A DNA stretch of 63,288 nt, counting the filler, from Bigelowiella natans CCMP2755 (Eukaryota; Protista; Cercozoa), in NCBI GenBank assembly GCA_000320545.1. It is 4 parts of 4 records of this genome, joined end to end, with 100 filler letters (N's around TTAATTAATTAA, not from the genome) between each part and the next. Parts side by side here need not be neighbours in the genome. Positions count along the whole stretch, not along the records: positions 1 to 27,179 come from ADNK01002614.1; 3 more parts are not named here. One strand, written 5' to 3'. The notes beneath the pieces are model-generated. The model worked only from the letters and a program-made list of their open reading frames with translations, searched no databases and had not been told where the DNA came from. Numbering within the stretch: position 1 is the stretch's first letter; every line of letters starts with the position of its first letter. A program made the translations under genes and the position numbers. This document shows positions 1 to 13,298 of the stretch, piece by piece.

Positions 1-844
1 GTACACACATATGTGGTCGCACGTCGTGTGCACATGTGAGCACGTAGCACTGGCACTCATTCAGCACCATTGAACATGATACTAGCGTGTTGCAGGGCAC
101 GCACACGCATGCATTGCAGTAGCTGCGTAGACGTTACTTGGCTTGGCATTGTGCGCAGTTGCGCCAGCAACTATACTGCACGATGAGCTACGCTGATTAT
201 CATTAAACATACGTGTTGTGAATTGACGAGGCTGTGTGTGGAAGGCGTACGCATGCATAGACCCGGCTCATGTGCAGGTTACCCCCAGTGCTACTAGAAT
301 TAACATGATTCCCTATCTCCTACCCCCCCCCCCCCCCCCCCCCATTTTTACGATCTCTCTCTCTATCTCTCTCTCTGTTGTCCCTTTCGTTAATAGGCCG
401 GATACGTTTGAAAATACACGCTCCAATAGAGACGCATAAGGTCTGTGCAATGTTACTAAATCGAATGGGGGTTGACAATCTATCACCTATCTTCTTGCTT
501 TGAATCGTTCTTGGTCCTTAGACTTTGTACTCACTATCACTGTGCCTTACTACCACCACTGCTATTCCTCCCAGGGTATGAGCGAGGAGGAGCTTGCTGC
601 AGAGACGCACAAGACGATATCGTCGGGCCTTCCCCCCTCCCAGCAGCCGCTTCCATAGGGCTGTTGTTGTGGGTTGTTGGGAATGGCAAGCGATAAGGGA
701 TAACGACGATAACGACGACGAAAGTTCGGTATGTGAATCGTCAGGAACGAGGAGTGGGGGGGGGATCATGGGGGACGGAGGAGGAGGAGGAGGAGAAGGA
801 GGAGGAGGAGAAGATTAAGAGAGCTCGATGCAGTTTCTTGCGGT

Positions 845-890
<46 letters not shown>

Positions 891-1210
891 GTGTGAATAC
901 TTTCACGGCAATGAATTAGCCTTGAGTAGCTCAGTATAAACCTACTACACTGTGTAGAGATGGTGGCAGCAGCATCCATCATCTTTCTATCTATCCGTCG
1001 CTGCTGCGAGGTGGTAGTAGTGTGTAATTGTACGTACATGTAGCAGCACAACATGTACATGTAGGTGGTGTTAGTGCGCACATCCGGCGACTATAAATTT
1101 ATCACAGCAGCACAGCTGACAGACAATCAACGACGGGCGAAACTAGATGTTGTGTTTCACGTCATTATCATCAAATTTTCACTTACATTACACATGTGTA
1201 CACATGTGCA

Positions 1211-1250
<40 letters not shown>

Positions 1251-1937
1251 ATAACGCACTTCCAGTCGATGAGCCGCACATAGTCCGGCCTGCATACGCT
1301 TGGAACTAGTACGACATGGCAAATGCATGTAATAGTGAGCTACTTGCTAGCTTGCAGCATCTGCGCTCTATTATAGATTTTCAGTAATTATATTTCTACT
1401 ACGATACCTGTACATTTTTGCACGCGTTGCTTTCATTTATATATGCATTTCTGCATGATTTACCGTTGCACACGTAATTTAAATAAAACCATTACATATG
1501 GCGCCAAAGCATACGCACTTTTTCATCATGTCTAAATGCACGTATGCATTATACTGCTGCAGCTTGTTAAGTTTATATTTAGTTACTGTCCGCTAGGTTG
1601 TCATTGTGAACGTCACATTTAATGGCTTCTCTTTTATTTGGCTACGCTACGCACGAACCTGCAGAATTACTAAGCATAGAATGAGCATGGCATGCGTTTT
1701 CGGAACCGATTCGGATCAACTCCGCAGTATAACAGTGCATGCGCTGCCACATGCAGCACAGCACCAGCAAACCAAGCATGTAGCTAATGTATCAATCATA
1801 GAGAATGCCATGTACTAGATGTAAGTAGGCCCGAGTAAGTTTAAATTTCACGCTAATATCTATTCCGAATCTACGATCTATTTGTAATTATTATATATTA
1901 ACAGTCAGTGGCAGCAGCCTACTGCTTCACTTTTTTT

Positions 1938-2424
1938 TCAACACATACATGAGGCCACTCCCTTTTGCCCCTCCCCTGCCGTACTACGACGTCTTTGCTG
2001 CGACGAAGAGGGGAGGCGTATCCCCCCGGTACTCCTACGTGCTGCTCTATGGTTTGGGTGGAGGGTGATGTAGTTCGCAACTGTCTGTTTGAATGCCTGC
2101 TCGATGTTTTCGCCTAATCATGTGGTTTGTCAATAAGGGGAGTGTGTGTGTGGGGGGGGGGGGGGGGTGGATTAAATCCCGACTCAATAATCGCCGCGCG
2201 AAAGCAAGGGTTTGGTCGGCATCAACCGTTTCTTGGTAGTTCATCGGCTATTATTCTTCTTTTCCCTTTTGGACTACTGCTCATTTCTGGCCTTCATCTC
2301 ACAAAATACGCAACCAAAGGTTGCGTCCTGCTAGGCCGCAAGGAGATCATCGCCACAGCCCAAGGGAAACCAACCCTCGGTGTGGTATTGCTTCTCTTTT
2401 GTGAAGATGGAAGTCTGTGTGAAG

Positions 2425-2478
<54 letters not shown>

Positions 2479-3011
2479 CGCGCGCGCGCGAGCGCGCGAC
2501 GTTTGTTAACTCCGCATGCCCCCAAACCAATGCGTTGATGCATGCTAGCTACAATAAAAACGACGAAGACGATAGTACGCACGTATGACCTGTGAGCGCC
2601 GATGTCTCGATCCTGAAAGCGTTTATGTGGTTCGAATATTTCGCGATCTCGGAAGGATCTACTTCCCTCTTCTTTCCCTCCTGATCACATGCAGAATGCG
2701 ACGATAATGGGGAGGGTGAAACAACCCGCGATGGTGGGTGGGAAAAAGTAAATTCTTCAAACTCAGCGAAAGAGAAGAGGAGGAGACACCGTCTGGTGAC
2801 GTCACATTCTTCTTACAAGTCAAAGCAACATCCTCCTCCTCCTCCTCCTCCTCCTCCTCCTCCTCCATCATCGCCACCACCAACACCACTGGTGTACCTT
2901 TACTAGATCGAGCTTTGTCCCCCACTAACGTTATCGTCACATCGGCTGGGAAACATCAAGATTTTTTTAAAAAGGTAATTAATGCGTAGGACGATACTGA
3001 CAATTAGTTCT

Positions 3012-3055
<44 letters not shown>

Positions 3056-3391
3056 CCCCCCCCCTCTCTCTCTCTGGTTATATGATGCACTCACGTTCAA
3101 CTTTCTTCAGCTCGCTAACCCAGAATCCAACCCTCTCCCATGACCTACAAAAATTTCAATTTTCAGTCAAGAAATCCTAGCTTGGAGGGGGGGGGCCAAG
3201 ACAAAGAGTGATCGTGTGCAACGACGATGACAACGGTGAGGGTATCTGTATGTTTAGCTTACTTTATATTTGTAATGTCGTAGCATATCAATGCTATATG
3301 AGACTTCTTGTAGTATTGTTGGGTCATCTAAATTCGAATTTTGCATGTCAAAAAAGATGCTTAGACGGTTAGAATTGCATGGTATGTTAAC

Positions 3392-3439
<48 letters not shown>

Positions 3440-3943
3440 TTTGCCTGAAATTATAATATGCAATCTCTGAGGAGACGGGGTTGCGGTGGGTGAATCAAAC
3501 GGGCAGGAACCCGGCACAGCGCTCTTAGTGTCCATTTACTTGCACAATAGCAAAAGGTGCAAAGTACTAAGTTGCACGAAGGGTAAGATGATCACCGAAT
3601 AGTATCGTTCACTCCCAGCTGTATCCCACACGCCGACATCGTGTGTGACTTTCTTCCCAGTGGGGAGGACCGCTGTGACCGTGCGCACGCCGAATGCGGT
3701 GCCGATCGTGGGGGCAGTATCTGGCTTGAAAACATCCCTGGAGAGAGATTGAGAGTAGTACATTTGGAATCAGCATCTCGAATGTGACATTTGATGACGA
3801 TTTGATGACGATTTGATGACGATTTGATGACGATTTGATGACGATTTAATTCGGTAGCACTACCTTAAGAATCTACTCACGAGGCACGTCTTTCCAACGT
3901 TCGAGTTGCCTAGCATTACGCACTTGATGCTGACAGAGTCCAT
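1938..3943 (-). CDS. RAB24: Rab-family small GTPase, Rab24-like (multi-exon)
   Basis: Manually spliced GT-AG exons give MDSVSIKCVMLGNSNVGKTCLVSRFL / DTAPTIGTAFG..VWDTAGSERY / MTQQYYKKSHIALICYDIT / SWERVGFWVSELKKVE / ITLVG[T]KLD / IETSALTG and a C-terminal SCMC* (CXC prenylation motif; stop at 1938). DTAGSERY with Ser for the catalytic Gln is typical of Rab24. An extra G near 2920 breaks the TKLD motif. One internal exon near 2050-2560 was not resolved. Confidence 0.8.
3789..3847. repeat. Tandem 11-mer (ATTTGATGACG) x5 in Rab intron 1
   Basis: Five perfect consecutive copies read directly. Confidence 0.95.
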
Positions 3944-4723
3944 TGCCTCCCCTTCTTCGCAGCGCCAAAAATGAGATGCGAAGAGAACCTGTCATGATAC
4001 ACTTGTCAGGCGAAACATTGCCCCTCACCCACTCCCCGCACATTCTAGGCAAAATTCTTATAAAATTTTAGGTGTCGGATAATCTCGAGGGCTCGATCGA
4101 CTTCTTACCGTATGCGCGAGTCAGCCTCGCAGCGATTAAGTAGGGCGATGATGCCTCACCCAGCTCGACGTGCAACCTGCGGACCGACGTGACACCGGGT
4201 CGGTAGTGGCTTTTCCCGCTTGCTTTGCCTTAGAAATTAGGCAATAATACAACCCTCATACTTCGTAGATATCCCGAGAAGTAATGACAAAAAGACTACC
4301 GCACCGTCTTCCAGACGCCCAATCGAATGCTGGACACGGACAGCCTAAAACATCCTTCTTTTTCTGTTCCAGAAAAGAGGAGAAGAAAGCCCCTGGTATT
4401 TCGAGGATTAACTGCCTACATCGCCTTCGTTTCTTTTGGTTGCCGCATGGTGAAATGCGGGGGGATTTGTTGTCTTAACGCGCTGACGTCCGTTAGCTTA
4501 GTGACCAAAGCAAGGAAGAAGATCTAAGGATGTTTTAGCGCCTTTTGCGTGCTAATTCCCCGGTGGATTGAAGTCGCAGGACAAAAACCCGATGCTTCAA
4601 AATTTCTGCCGACCAGAATTTGACTTCTGGGCCGTTGCGGACTTCACAGAGCACCGGCGTGCAGTGTGATCAGCATCAGCCAGTCCCCCCAAGATGAAAA
4701 AGCTGGGACATTTGACGAGTGCG

Positions 4724-5295
4724 ATGGAGAACCGAAAAAGAAAGCGGGATTGGGAGGGCACGGAATAAAATAGGACAACGAAAATCACAACATCAGTTCC
4801 AGAAGACTTAACGAAAAAATGGCGGAATTGCGACTCTCGTTCTGGAATACGAGTTTGAGATTGGCAACTGGGAAGTGCTTATGCCGGTGAAGAGATATGG
4901 TGTGGGCGTTGCGGTTGCGGAGGGGAAACTGTTTGCGGTTGGGGGGTTTGATGAAAGAACTCTGTATAAAGCGTGGAGTGTCTGGACTTAAAAATATGGG
5001 GGCGGGGTGGCAGAAGGTTGGAGCGGAGATGTCGGTGGCGAGGAGAAATATGGGCGTTGCGGTTGCGGATGGGAAACTGTTTGCGGTTGGGAGATGTGGT
5101 GGTGGTGGAAAGAACGTTGAGTATCTGGATTTGAAAAATATGGGAGCGGGGTGGCAGAAGGCTCTAGCGGAGATGTCGGTGAGGAGAGTTGATTTGGGCG
5201 TTGCGGTTGCGGGGGGGAAACTGTTTGCGTTTGGTGGGATGGATATGAATTATAACTATTTGAAGAGTGTGGAGTGCTTACGGGTGGCGTATTAA
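4724..5295 (+). pseudogene. Intronless Kelch-repeat gene fragment (about 3 blades) with frameshifts
   Basis: Three repeats of the form M.V.R..GVAVA.GKLFA.GG....SVE.LDL....W, split over frames by homopolymer indels near 4815, 4970 and 4990. Too short for a full propeller. The indels could be sequencing errors. Confidence 0.7.
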
Positions 5296-5600
5296 AAGGA
5301 TATGATAGAATAAGATAGATAAATAGATAGATAGATATACGCTATGTTGTTAGACTTACCTACTCTATCTAAATAATAAACGAACTTTGTTTAATTTCTT
5401 TGGAAATATTTTAGATATATTCCCATCTATCCTAAATTGTATGGAAATTACATTCTGGGAGGCAAGAGGCATAGGGGTTAAAAGAAAAAAACATTCCAAA
5501 ATTTTTTCATACATTTCATAATATTTATACACTTTGGACTCATAGTAATATGTATATATTATAAATATATATTATATTACTATATATGATAATAGAAGTA

Positions 5601-5851
5601 AATGTATGCTGTTAGGGGTGGCGTTCCCCGTGGGAACGCTGTAGCATATTTTTCCATACACTATTGCAGATGTGTATATACAACAGCACCCCCATCGCTT
5701 CACTCTTCACCGTGGGGTGCTCCGCCTATTCACCTCCTCTCTCCCCTTCTCAGTCGCTTCGCTCCTTGCAATGCCGAGGAGGTGGGCGGTTGATCTGGGG
5801 AACTGAAAGCTATATTTTCCACTTTAGTCAGCACACCCCCGAAGGGGATTG
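5601..5851 (+). ncRNA. Putative structured RNA or element end (nested hairpins), family unknown
   Basis: Consecutive stems: tatgct/agcata enclosing gcgttccc/gggaacgc; atacac/gtgtat; agcacccc/ggggtgct; ccgcc..cacctcctc/gaggaggtg-ggcgg; actgaa-g/c-tttagt; cccc-gaa-gggg. G-U extensions favour the + strand. Confidence 0.4.
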
Positions 5852-6071
5852 TAGATAGGGGTAGTCCGTGAGGGTGATCGTCACCATTCCGACGTAGGGT
5901 AAATATCCTGTCGCTCGGCCTATTACATCGGACTGCGACAACCACAGCTGGCCAGCGTGGTAGAGCCCCCGATCATCTACTGGATTGTTATCTCCCTTGG
6001 TCAGTATTCGTGATTTTCCATTCGGCCTGTGAGTATTAAGCAGTGGTAGCAATAGCAGCAGCGTTGTAGCG
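5852..6071 (-). repeat. 220-bp exact copy of SEC11 intron end + most of last exon (source 6985-7204)
   Basis: Base-by-base identical, same orientation, offset 1133 bp. Flanked by the 9-bp inverted repeat ggggattgt/acaatcccc. Confidence 0.95.
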
Positions 6072-6924
6072 ACAATCCCCCCGAAGGGGGTTGTGGTAGG
6101 AAAAGTTGGAAGAAATTTCCAATTTCTTTCATTTACACCACCACGGCATGTATGCACATTGTATCGCGAGACGGGTGTAATAATAAAAATCAAATTCGAT
6201 CACCTAATGCTACCTGTGCAATGCTCCGGCTACAGCGCTTACATATTGTGTTCATTGTTAGTTTCTGTAGTTCATGTGTGTCATCTTGGAAGAGCAAGAG
6301 CTAGCTAGATGGTAATGCTACCATATATAGCCGCACAAGCAAACGTTCTTGTCGTTGCATGTGATCGATGTAGTCAGTTCATGGGTGTCTACATGTCGTC
6401 GATTGTTTGTGTCCATTGTGGCTTGAACGTCTGTTGCACGTACAACAGCATGTTTTGCCGGCCTGGCGCAGCCCGCCAGGAGATGGTCCATGTCTTGGCA
6501 TGGATAGTTTATTTGCACAAGTGTCATGCACATCACATCGCATGTCACATGCATAGTATCGACAGTGTTATGGCGCACGGCATGTAGCTGTGCTTGTGGC
6601 GAGCATTGCAATCAGCCGGATGTGCGATGCACGAGTAGCATAAAACGCACATACTACAGCACATAAACTTTTATGCTTAGGCTTCTTTCACCAAACACGA
6701 TGATATGCCTACATACATACATTGTGCATGCAGTTCGCTGTAGAAGTTCTGCCCCATTTGCCCTTGACACCGTAACAAGCTATAATCCTTATATCTCTGC
6801 AGCCATGCCCTCTAGAGATGCACGCTCTTCGCTCGCAACGTATCAGCAACAGATCTGGGGCAGTCTCCGTCGTCCCCGAATATTTTCTCAAGAGTTCAGA
6901 ATGCACATATATGTATATAGATCA

Positions 6925-7928
6925 TCACTCTTCCTCCCGGCCCGTGAGAACAAAGAGGCACATGAGACCAACCAGCAGGTACTTTAGATAGGGGTAGTCC
7001 GTGAGGGTGATCGTCACCATTCCGACGTAGGGTAAATATCCTGTCGCTCGGCCTATTACATCGGACTGCGACAACCACAGCTGGCCAGCGTGGTAGAGCC
7101 CCCGATCATCTACTGGATTGTTATCTCCCTTGGTCAGTATTCGTGATTTTCCATTCGGCCTGTGAGTATTAAGCAGTGGTAGCAATAGCAGCAGCGTTGT
7201 AGCGGTTAACCCAGAGCAACACAAACAATAAAACTTGGCGAGACTAGCAGGAAAAGAAAGGCAACGTTGGTATTGAGGGTGCAGGGCGACGAAGGTGATG
7301 AAATATGATAGCAAACGTGGTAATGATGATAATAAGTGCCATATCGATGATTTTCTTATTACTTCACGTGTATCTCCATGACTCTATGCACGATCGGTAT
7401 GTCCCTCCCTTTCACTTTGAAAACTACGATGTCGCCCGCCTTCAAGGGCCCCGTACTCCCCCCCATAAGAAACAAGATGTCTCCACGCTTGAATGCAGGC
7501 TCCATAGACCCACTGATTTGTGTGTTGTTGCGATTGGAAAACATGTCATTCACAGGGCTACCACGTGTTGTAGAGGAAAATGAAAAACAAGAAACGAAAA
7601 TTCGCAGGCCGTTAGTACCTTAAAACTACGACGACTGGAGCCTCACCGCTTGTTACTACTATTAACCCCTTCCAAATCATCAACGCCGACAGCACTACCA
7701 TCCCCAAATTGATGACTTGGTGGGCGGCCTGGTGGAGGGGAGGGGGGTTGATAAGGGGTTGTTAACCATATTTACAAATAATCACATCGACACAGCATGA
7801 TGATGAGATCGATGGTGCGAGATGAGGAGGAAGGAGAAGAAAAACATCGATCAACAGCGAAGAAGACGGACCTTTCGGCGGTCCATCGACCTGACGGTGT
7901 GATACATGTCTTGCACTTTTTCCATCAT
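6925..7928 (-). CDS. SEC11: Signal peptidase complex catalytic subunit SEC11 (4 exons)
   Basis: [14 protein letters not shown] / [31 protein letters not shown] / [34 protein letters not shown] / [27 protein letters not shown]: canonical S26B motifs. Confidence 0.95.
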
Positions 7929-8988
7929 GTTTTCCTTTTCCTTTCTCTACGATTCGAGACGTAGAGCTTTGCGGTGTAACAGTGATAGAGAGCGGTTCTC
8001 GGCTGGTGATTAGTCGTAGATAGGACTAACGGGAAATCTAGTCACGTGGTGCTGCCGTCCCTACTGCCTTAAAAAGACGCACAGAGCAGGTGGTAGTTAT
8101 GATGACTCGCGAGGACCGAATCGAACGTGAAACTTCAAGGAAGGTCTTCTCCTTGACCGTGCTTTCCTCTTTTGCTCCTCGTTGTCCTCTTATTCTATGC
8201 CTAGAAATTAAATTCAGGAAGAAATTAGAGGGCGAGCGCTCGACACATGCGAATCACTTCTGCACCCAAAATGAAGACCGATAGGCAACACTCTCCCTCC
8301 CCTGAAGTTTATTTTTTCCCGTGTGAAGAATTTGATGACACCCCAGCTCTCATAGATTCCGTATCAATGATGAAGATCCTTCTTTGGGACTTATTCATCA
8401 GAATTTACACTGCGCTGAGAGGCAGCGAGCGGTGGAAGGCCATTGCGTGATACCGAATGGCAACGACAATTCGTGCAGCTATCCACCATCGCATAAGGAA
8501 AAACCAGTCTACTATGCAAGGGTAATCATCTCGAATCTCACGGCGATGTGTTCTCAGATCGGGCTCGTTCTTTGGGGGGGGGACGACCAGGGTCACGGAT
8601 ATACCTGGTTCAGGTCTCAGATTTGTATCTCGGGCGAGCGGTCAAATCGCAGAGATTCTTGTGTAAATTCCCAATATATTCATGTCGCATTCTCAAAACC
8701 ACATCCATTTGGGAGAAAGCATCTCCGTAATCCAGCATTGAATCTTCTGAGAACGCCCTGGATGACTAAGCCGCCATGTGCGAAATTTTTTTCGCCGCTT
8801 TTTTGGACGCAGAAAACAAGTATGAGGGGGATTTTGTTAGGTATTTCCAGTCAATATGTGGTCGTAGAGGAAAAATCTCCTTATGTTACTCTCTCGCCGT
8901 TCCTTTTCAAATCCTGGCAAAAAGCTTGGGAAGTCGGCTGTTAGCCGGAAGATCGATCGATCGCCTGCAGGAGGAGGCGCCTCGGGTG

Positions 8989-10067
8989 ATGATGGCTCGG
9001 CCCCACGCAAGTCCGTCCGGGGGGCTACGGAGGAAGTGGAAATCCTCTCTACTAGCTTTGCTCCTCCTCATCGTTGGTATGGTATCAAGAGAGGCGAGCA
9101 GGTTTCAAAAAATACAGATGCGATGCATTAGCCGCGCTGTCTGTCCGTGCTCGCCACTAGAGTATCCTTTCGCGGGAGTGAATCGATGTTCTATTGATCT
9201 TGATGGCAGGAGGGGATGTCTCGTACGGCATGGCGGCCAAGTAGCGCGTCGTCGTCATAGGTCTTCTTCTGGTAATAAACAAGGCGCCATCACAGACATC
9301 GGCGCGCTGCTTCCGAAGCACTCGCTAAGGAGCTTCGTTCTTTGCCTCTTCTTTTTCGGAGAGTATGCAAATCGCCGAGTAGAATATTAACGAAAATTAT
9401 GACAACCACGAGCCCTAATAGCTTCCTCTTGTTCTCCTCGTCATATTTTCCTTTTTGTTGTTTTCACGGCGAAGCTTCTTCGTCGAGGGCATCATCCGCC
9501 CGACTATTAGCCCAAGCTTCATCTCCCGCTCGTTGTACAAACCAGGAGCTTTGCTTTGTTCGAAGATGTAGAGGAGGATCCAATTCGTCAACTAGCGACG
9601 ATGAGGATAGTTTTCACCGCCTGGACCCCAGACAGCTCAACGTAGCAAAAAAGCAACAATAACAGATAGAACACACACGCGGCGCAATTTTGGCTTGTAT
9701 ATGTATACAGATTTCCTCGTGTAGAAATGAGTCTATACATTTGCGTGGTATTAAATGTGTGTTTTGTTGCGTTTTGTTTTGCGCGTTGGATAGGCAACGA
9801 TATCGGATCTTACATCGCTCTATCTCAGCGGTGCTTCCTCAGTGCCGACAAAACAGCACCATCAGCCAACTCCCTCTTCCTCCAAGCTAGATTCGCTTGC
9901 GCCATCCTCACCACCGGCATCATCGCTACAATCCCGGGTCTATAAACCCCCTGTCGAATCACTGGGATCGATATGCAGAAAGAACTTGGCGAATGAGTCT
10001 CTTGCAGCTGCCCAGGTGCAATCAGTGCCGCCATGACATGGAAAGCACAACAAAAGGCGTTCTGAAG

Positions 10068-10111
<44 letters not shown>

Positions 10112-10139
10112 CCTCTCGATTGTGTAGGTATGTTTGTGA

Positions 10140-10184
<45 letters not shown>

Positions 10185-10498
10185 GTATAACCTCCTCCTA
10201 ATATCTGACGATATGATGATCCCTTTTCACCGTGAACATATCGAAGAGAAAGCACGCAGCCACGCTCGAAAAACTGATTAAGGTAGTAGGTAGCAGCGTG
10301 CAAAAGGCTTATTGTGCACAGAAACATGTGTGCCATTGACACTTACTACTGCAGAAGACAAACAGCATATTTGTATTCTTCATTCTCCAGCAAGAAAAAT
10401 ACGGAAGGAAGCTAAATTTCTCGAATTTCGGAGCTGAGCCAGAGGATACCACTCTCCATGGGGTAGTATACTTAGTTGTAGGCGAAAAGCGTCGTATC

Positions 10499-10536
<38 letters not shown>

Positions 10537-13052
10537 ACAGTAGTAGTAGTAGAGTAGTAGTAGTAAAATAAGAAGATGTGTCTATGATGATTGGTAATGC
10601 TGATGAAAGTTCTTATGATGTTGAAATGTCATCACTTTTTCATCCTCGCCCGCTTGAAAATGGTACCATTATTTTCTGTGCTTCTACCCCCCTCCCCTCC
10701 CCCGTTTTCCACCCTTCTTCCCTCTACCAAGAGCTGGTCATTTCCACAAATTCTCATGGTGGGTGTATGGAATGGTTTGAATACTATTCTCTCCCTATTA
10801 CCCTCTCCCTCCCTCTCTCTCTCTCTCTCTCTCTTGCTGCTGCCGCTACTGCGATTATTGTTCCACCACTATGCTCTGTGCGTTGAATGCCTGTCCTGTA
10901 AGAACAACCACGCTGCATACGCTGCTCACAACGACGACGACGACGACGACGACTACCTACTATGGCTACTATTTGCTACTTAACATCGTGCGTCCTCCTT
11001 CCTTTTCCTCTTCTCGTCACACACTACTAGCACTACAGCTAAAGATGATATTGCTGCTGCTGCTGCTGCTACAATCAGGTATCTCTTGCTCCCAACACCC
11101 TTATTCCGACATATCATCGCATGCCAAATCGGTCCCCGCTGAAGATTCAGGCAGGTTGTTCAACAAGGTCGGAGAGGGGGGGGGGGGCTAACCCAGCCTC
11201 TCCTCTCCTCCACCTACAGATGAATACTGACGACGAATCTGTGACCCAGCTGAAGTTTGCTCTTTCATTTCTTTGATCATTTTTAAAATTTGTTTTAACA
11301 ATAAACAGTAATCTTCGATCTAGATGGAACTCTGATTGATTCGGAGATGGCGAGCCATGTGGTACAACGACGACGTATATGCCCTGCCTTTGTCTTTAAC
11401 ACTCTACCCATATATATTATGCACACATGTACTAATGCTGGTCACATATGCAGGCATTGAATAAACCGCTGCAGCACCATTTCGGCCGGTCAAAAGAGGT
11501 CTCCCTACCCCTCCATGCTCGGGTGATCTACCTACCAGCGCCTTCGTGCACGATGAGCGCACAGGTCATTTTAATGATCAACATGCCCCCCCCCCCCCCC
11601 CCCTTCCCCTCCTCCTTGTTTGATTGGTAGATCCTTGGAATGTCCCCTCGGGAGGGGATCGATGCCATTCTACAGGTACGACAGCGACATCATCAGTCGG
11701 TGGAGTTAGCTTCGATGATCGGTCGTTAATGATCTTCTTTGCATGCTGATGAAACTAGTGAAACTAGTCTGTGAGTGGTACGCGGACGTATGTACAATAA
11801 ATAAATAAATAAATAAATATATATATATATATAATATGTGTGTGTGATTGTGCCGATTGTGTTGTTCTGCTACTATTTTTTAGGAGAACCAAATAACCGA
11901 AGCAATGATGACGCGTGAAGAGTATATAAGGTGACGCATGCTCAGTTCTCAATATGGAGGGGGAGGAGGAAGAGGAGAGTATCTCGAGCGCACTCACACA
12001 CACACATACACATAACAGGGAGTTTCACACGGCGCTTGAGGAAGGATATGATGAAATCGATCGGATGCCGGTAATACCTAATTCGTATGGAATTGCTCCC
12101 AAACCATCATCCTTCTTCTTCTTCATCATCGTCATCTTCTTCTTCTACTCCTCCTCCTCCTCCTCCTTCTCCTACTACTCCTTCTCCTACTACTACTCCT
12201 TCTCCTCCTCCTCCTCCTACTACTACTACTACTACTACTTTTTATGAGACCAAAAATCATGCTATAATGTTGGTATTTTTTGGTATCTTTTTCCTCGGCG
12301 CCACGACTGTCTTTGTTCAGCTATTTACGTTTTGTTATTGCTTGTATTTTTATTGCCACTATCATCTCCGCTTGGCTGCGCTGCTAGGGATCTCTTGAAC
12401 TAGTGAAAGAGCTCAAAGGTGGGGGCGGGGGGAGGGGAAGTAGTGGCGGAGATTGTACAAATAGGGATGTTCTGTTTTAAAATACACCGAGAAATATGGC
12501 CGATAACTCAATGCGTTGCATGCCCTCATCATCATAGCCAATTAGTATTGCTATCAACCATGTTCCAATTGATTATTTGTCGTTTTAAAACGCTATGACT
12601 CTCCACTCTTCCCTTCATCCTCTAATCCGCACCCCCCCCCCCCTTCCCCCTCCCCTCCCTGTTTCCAGCTAAGGGCTGCAAGCTAGCACTGTGCACCTCA
12701 ACGCACAGGAAGGCATTCGACAAGAAGATGAGACGCCACAAGGGTACGTGCGGCCAACAGCAATTAACGAAAAGGCAGCGCGTCTGGGGGGTGGGAGGGG
12801 GGGAGCTCTTCCGATCATGCGATCATATAACAAGCTCTCATATGAAACGACCTCGCTTGTCGCTGTCATTTGCCTTGTTTATACAACCTTCTTCTTCTTC
12901 TTCTCCTTCTTCTTCTTCTTCCTTCTGCTCAGAGTTGGTTGGTTTGTTTGATGTGGTCATCACCGGAGAGGATCCCGAGATTAGGTGTGTGCCGCAGCAG
13001 TAGAACGACGCTTCTCGAATGAGATAGAAGAGAGTGAGGGGGAGAGAGAGAG

Positions 13053-13092
<40 letters not shown>

Positions 13093-13255
13093 CAACCACA
13101 GCACCACCACCAGAGCAGTATGCCATGCGTCAGCAATGACTTGGTGGACAATGATTTCAAGCAGCGTTGATTGATTGATTGTGCGTGTGTCTGTGTGTGC
13201 GTGTGTGTGTGTGTGTGTGTGTCCTTTATCAGAATCAAGATAAACAAACACAAAT

Positions 13256-13298
<43 letters not shown>

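Noticed and set aside
733-1283. Short ORFs rich in YI, SL, CV, ER or poly-residue runs, here and throughout
   Set aside because: Translations of intronic or intergenic microsatellites.
5833-6094. CRISPR array call for the repeat-insert-repeat
   Set aside because: Only two imperfect repeats, a 220-bp insert, no cas genes and a eukaryotic context. Kept as an unclassified finding instead.
5730-6193. Second SEC11 paralog
   Set aside because: Only a partial last exon, lacking the catalytic Ser and His exons and the native stop.
6309-6611. Cys/His-rich overlapping ORFs in spacers (also 14669-14932, 43354-43623)
   Set aside because: By-product of TA depletion removing stop codons; no protein motifs.
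5852-7204. 220-bp duplication as a target-site duplication around 6072-6984
   Set aside because: The intervening DNA contains the genuine SEC11 3' end contiguous with the right copy, so the left copy is an ectopic insert.
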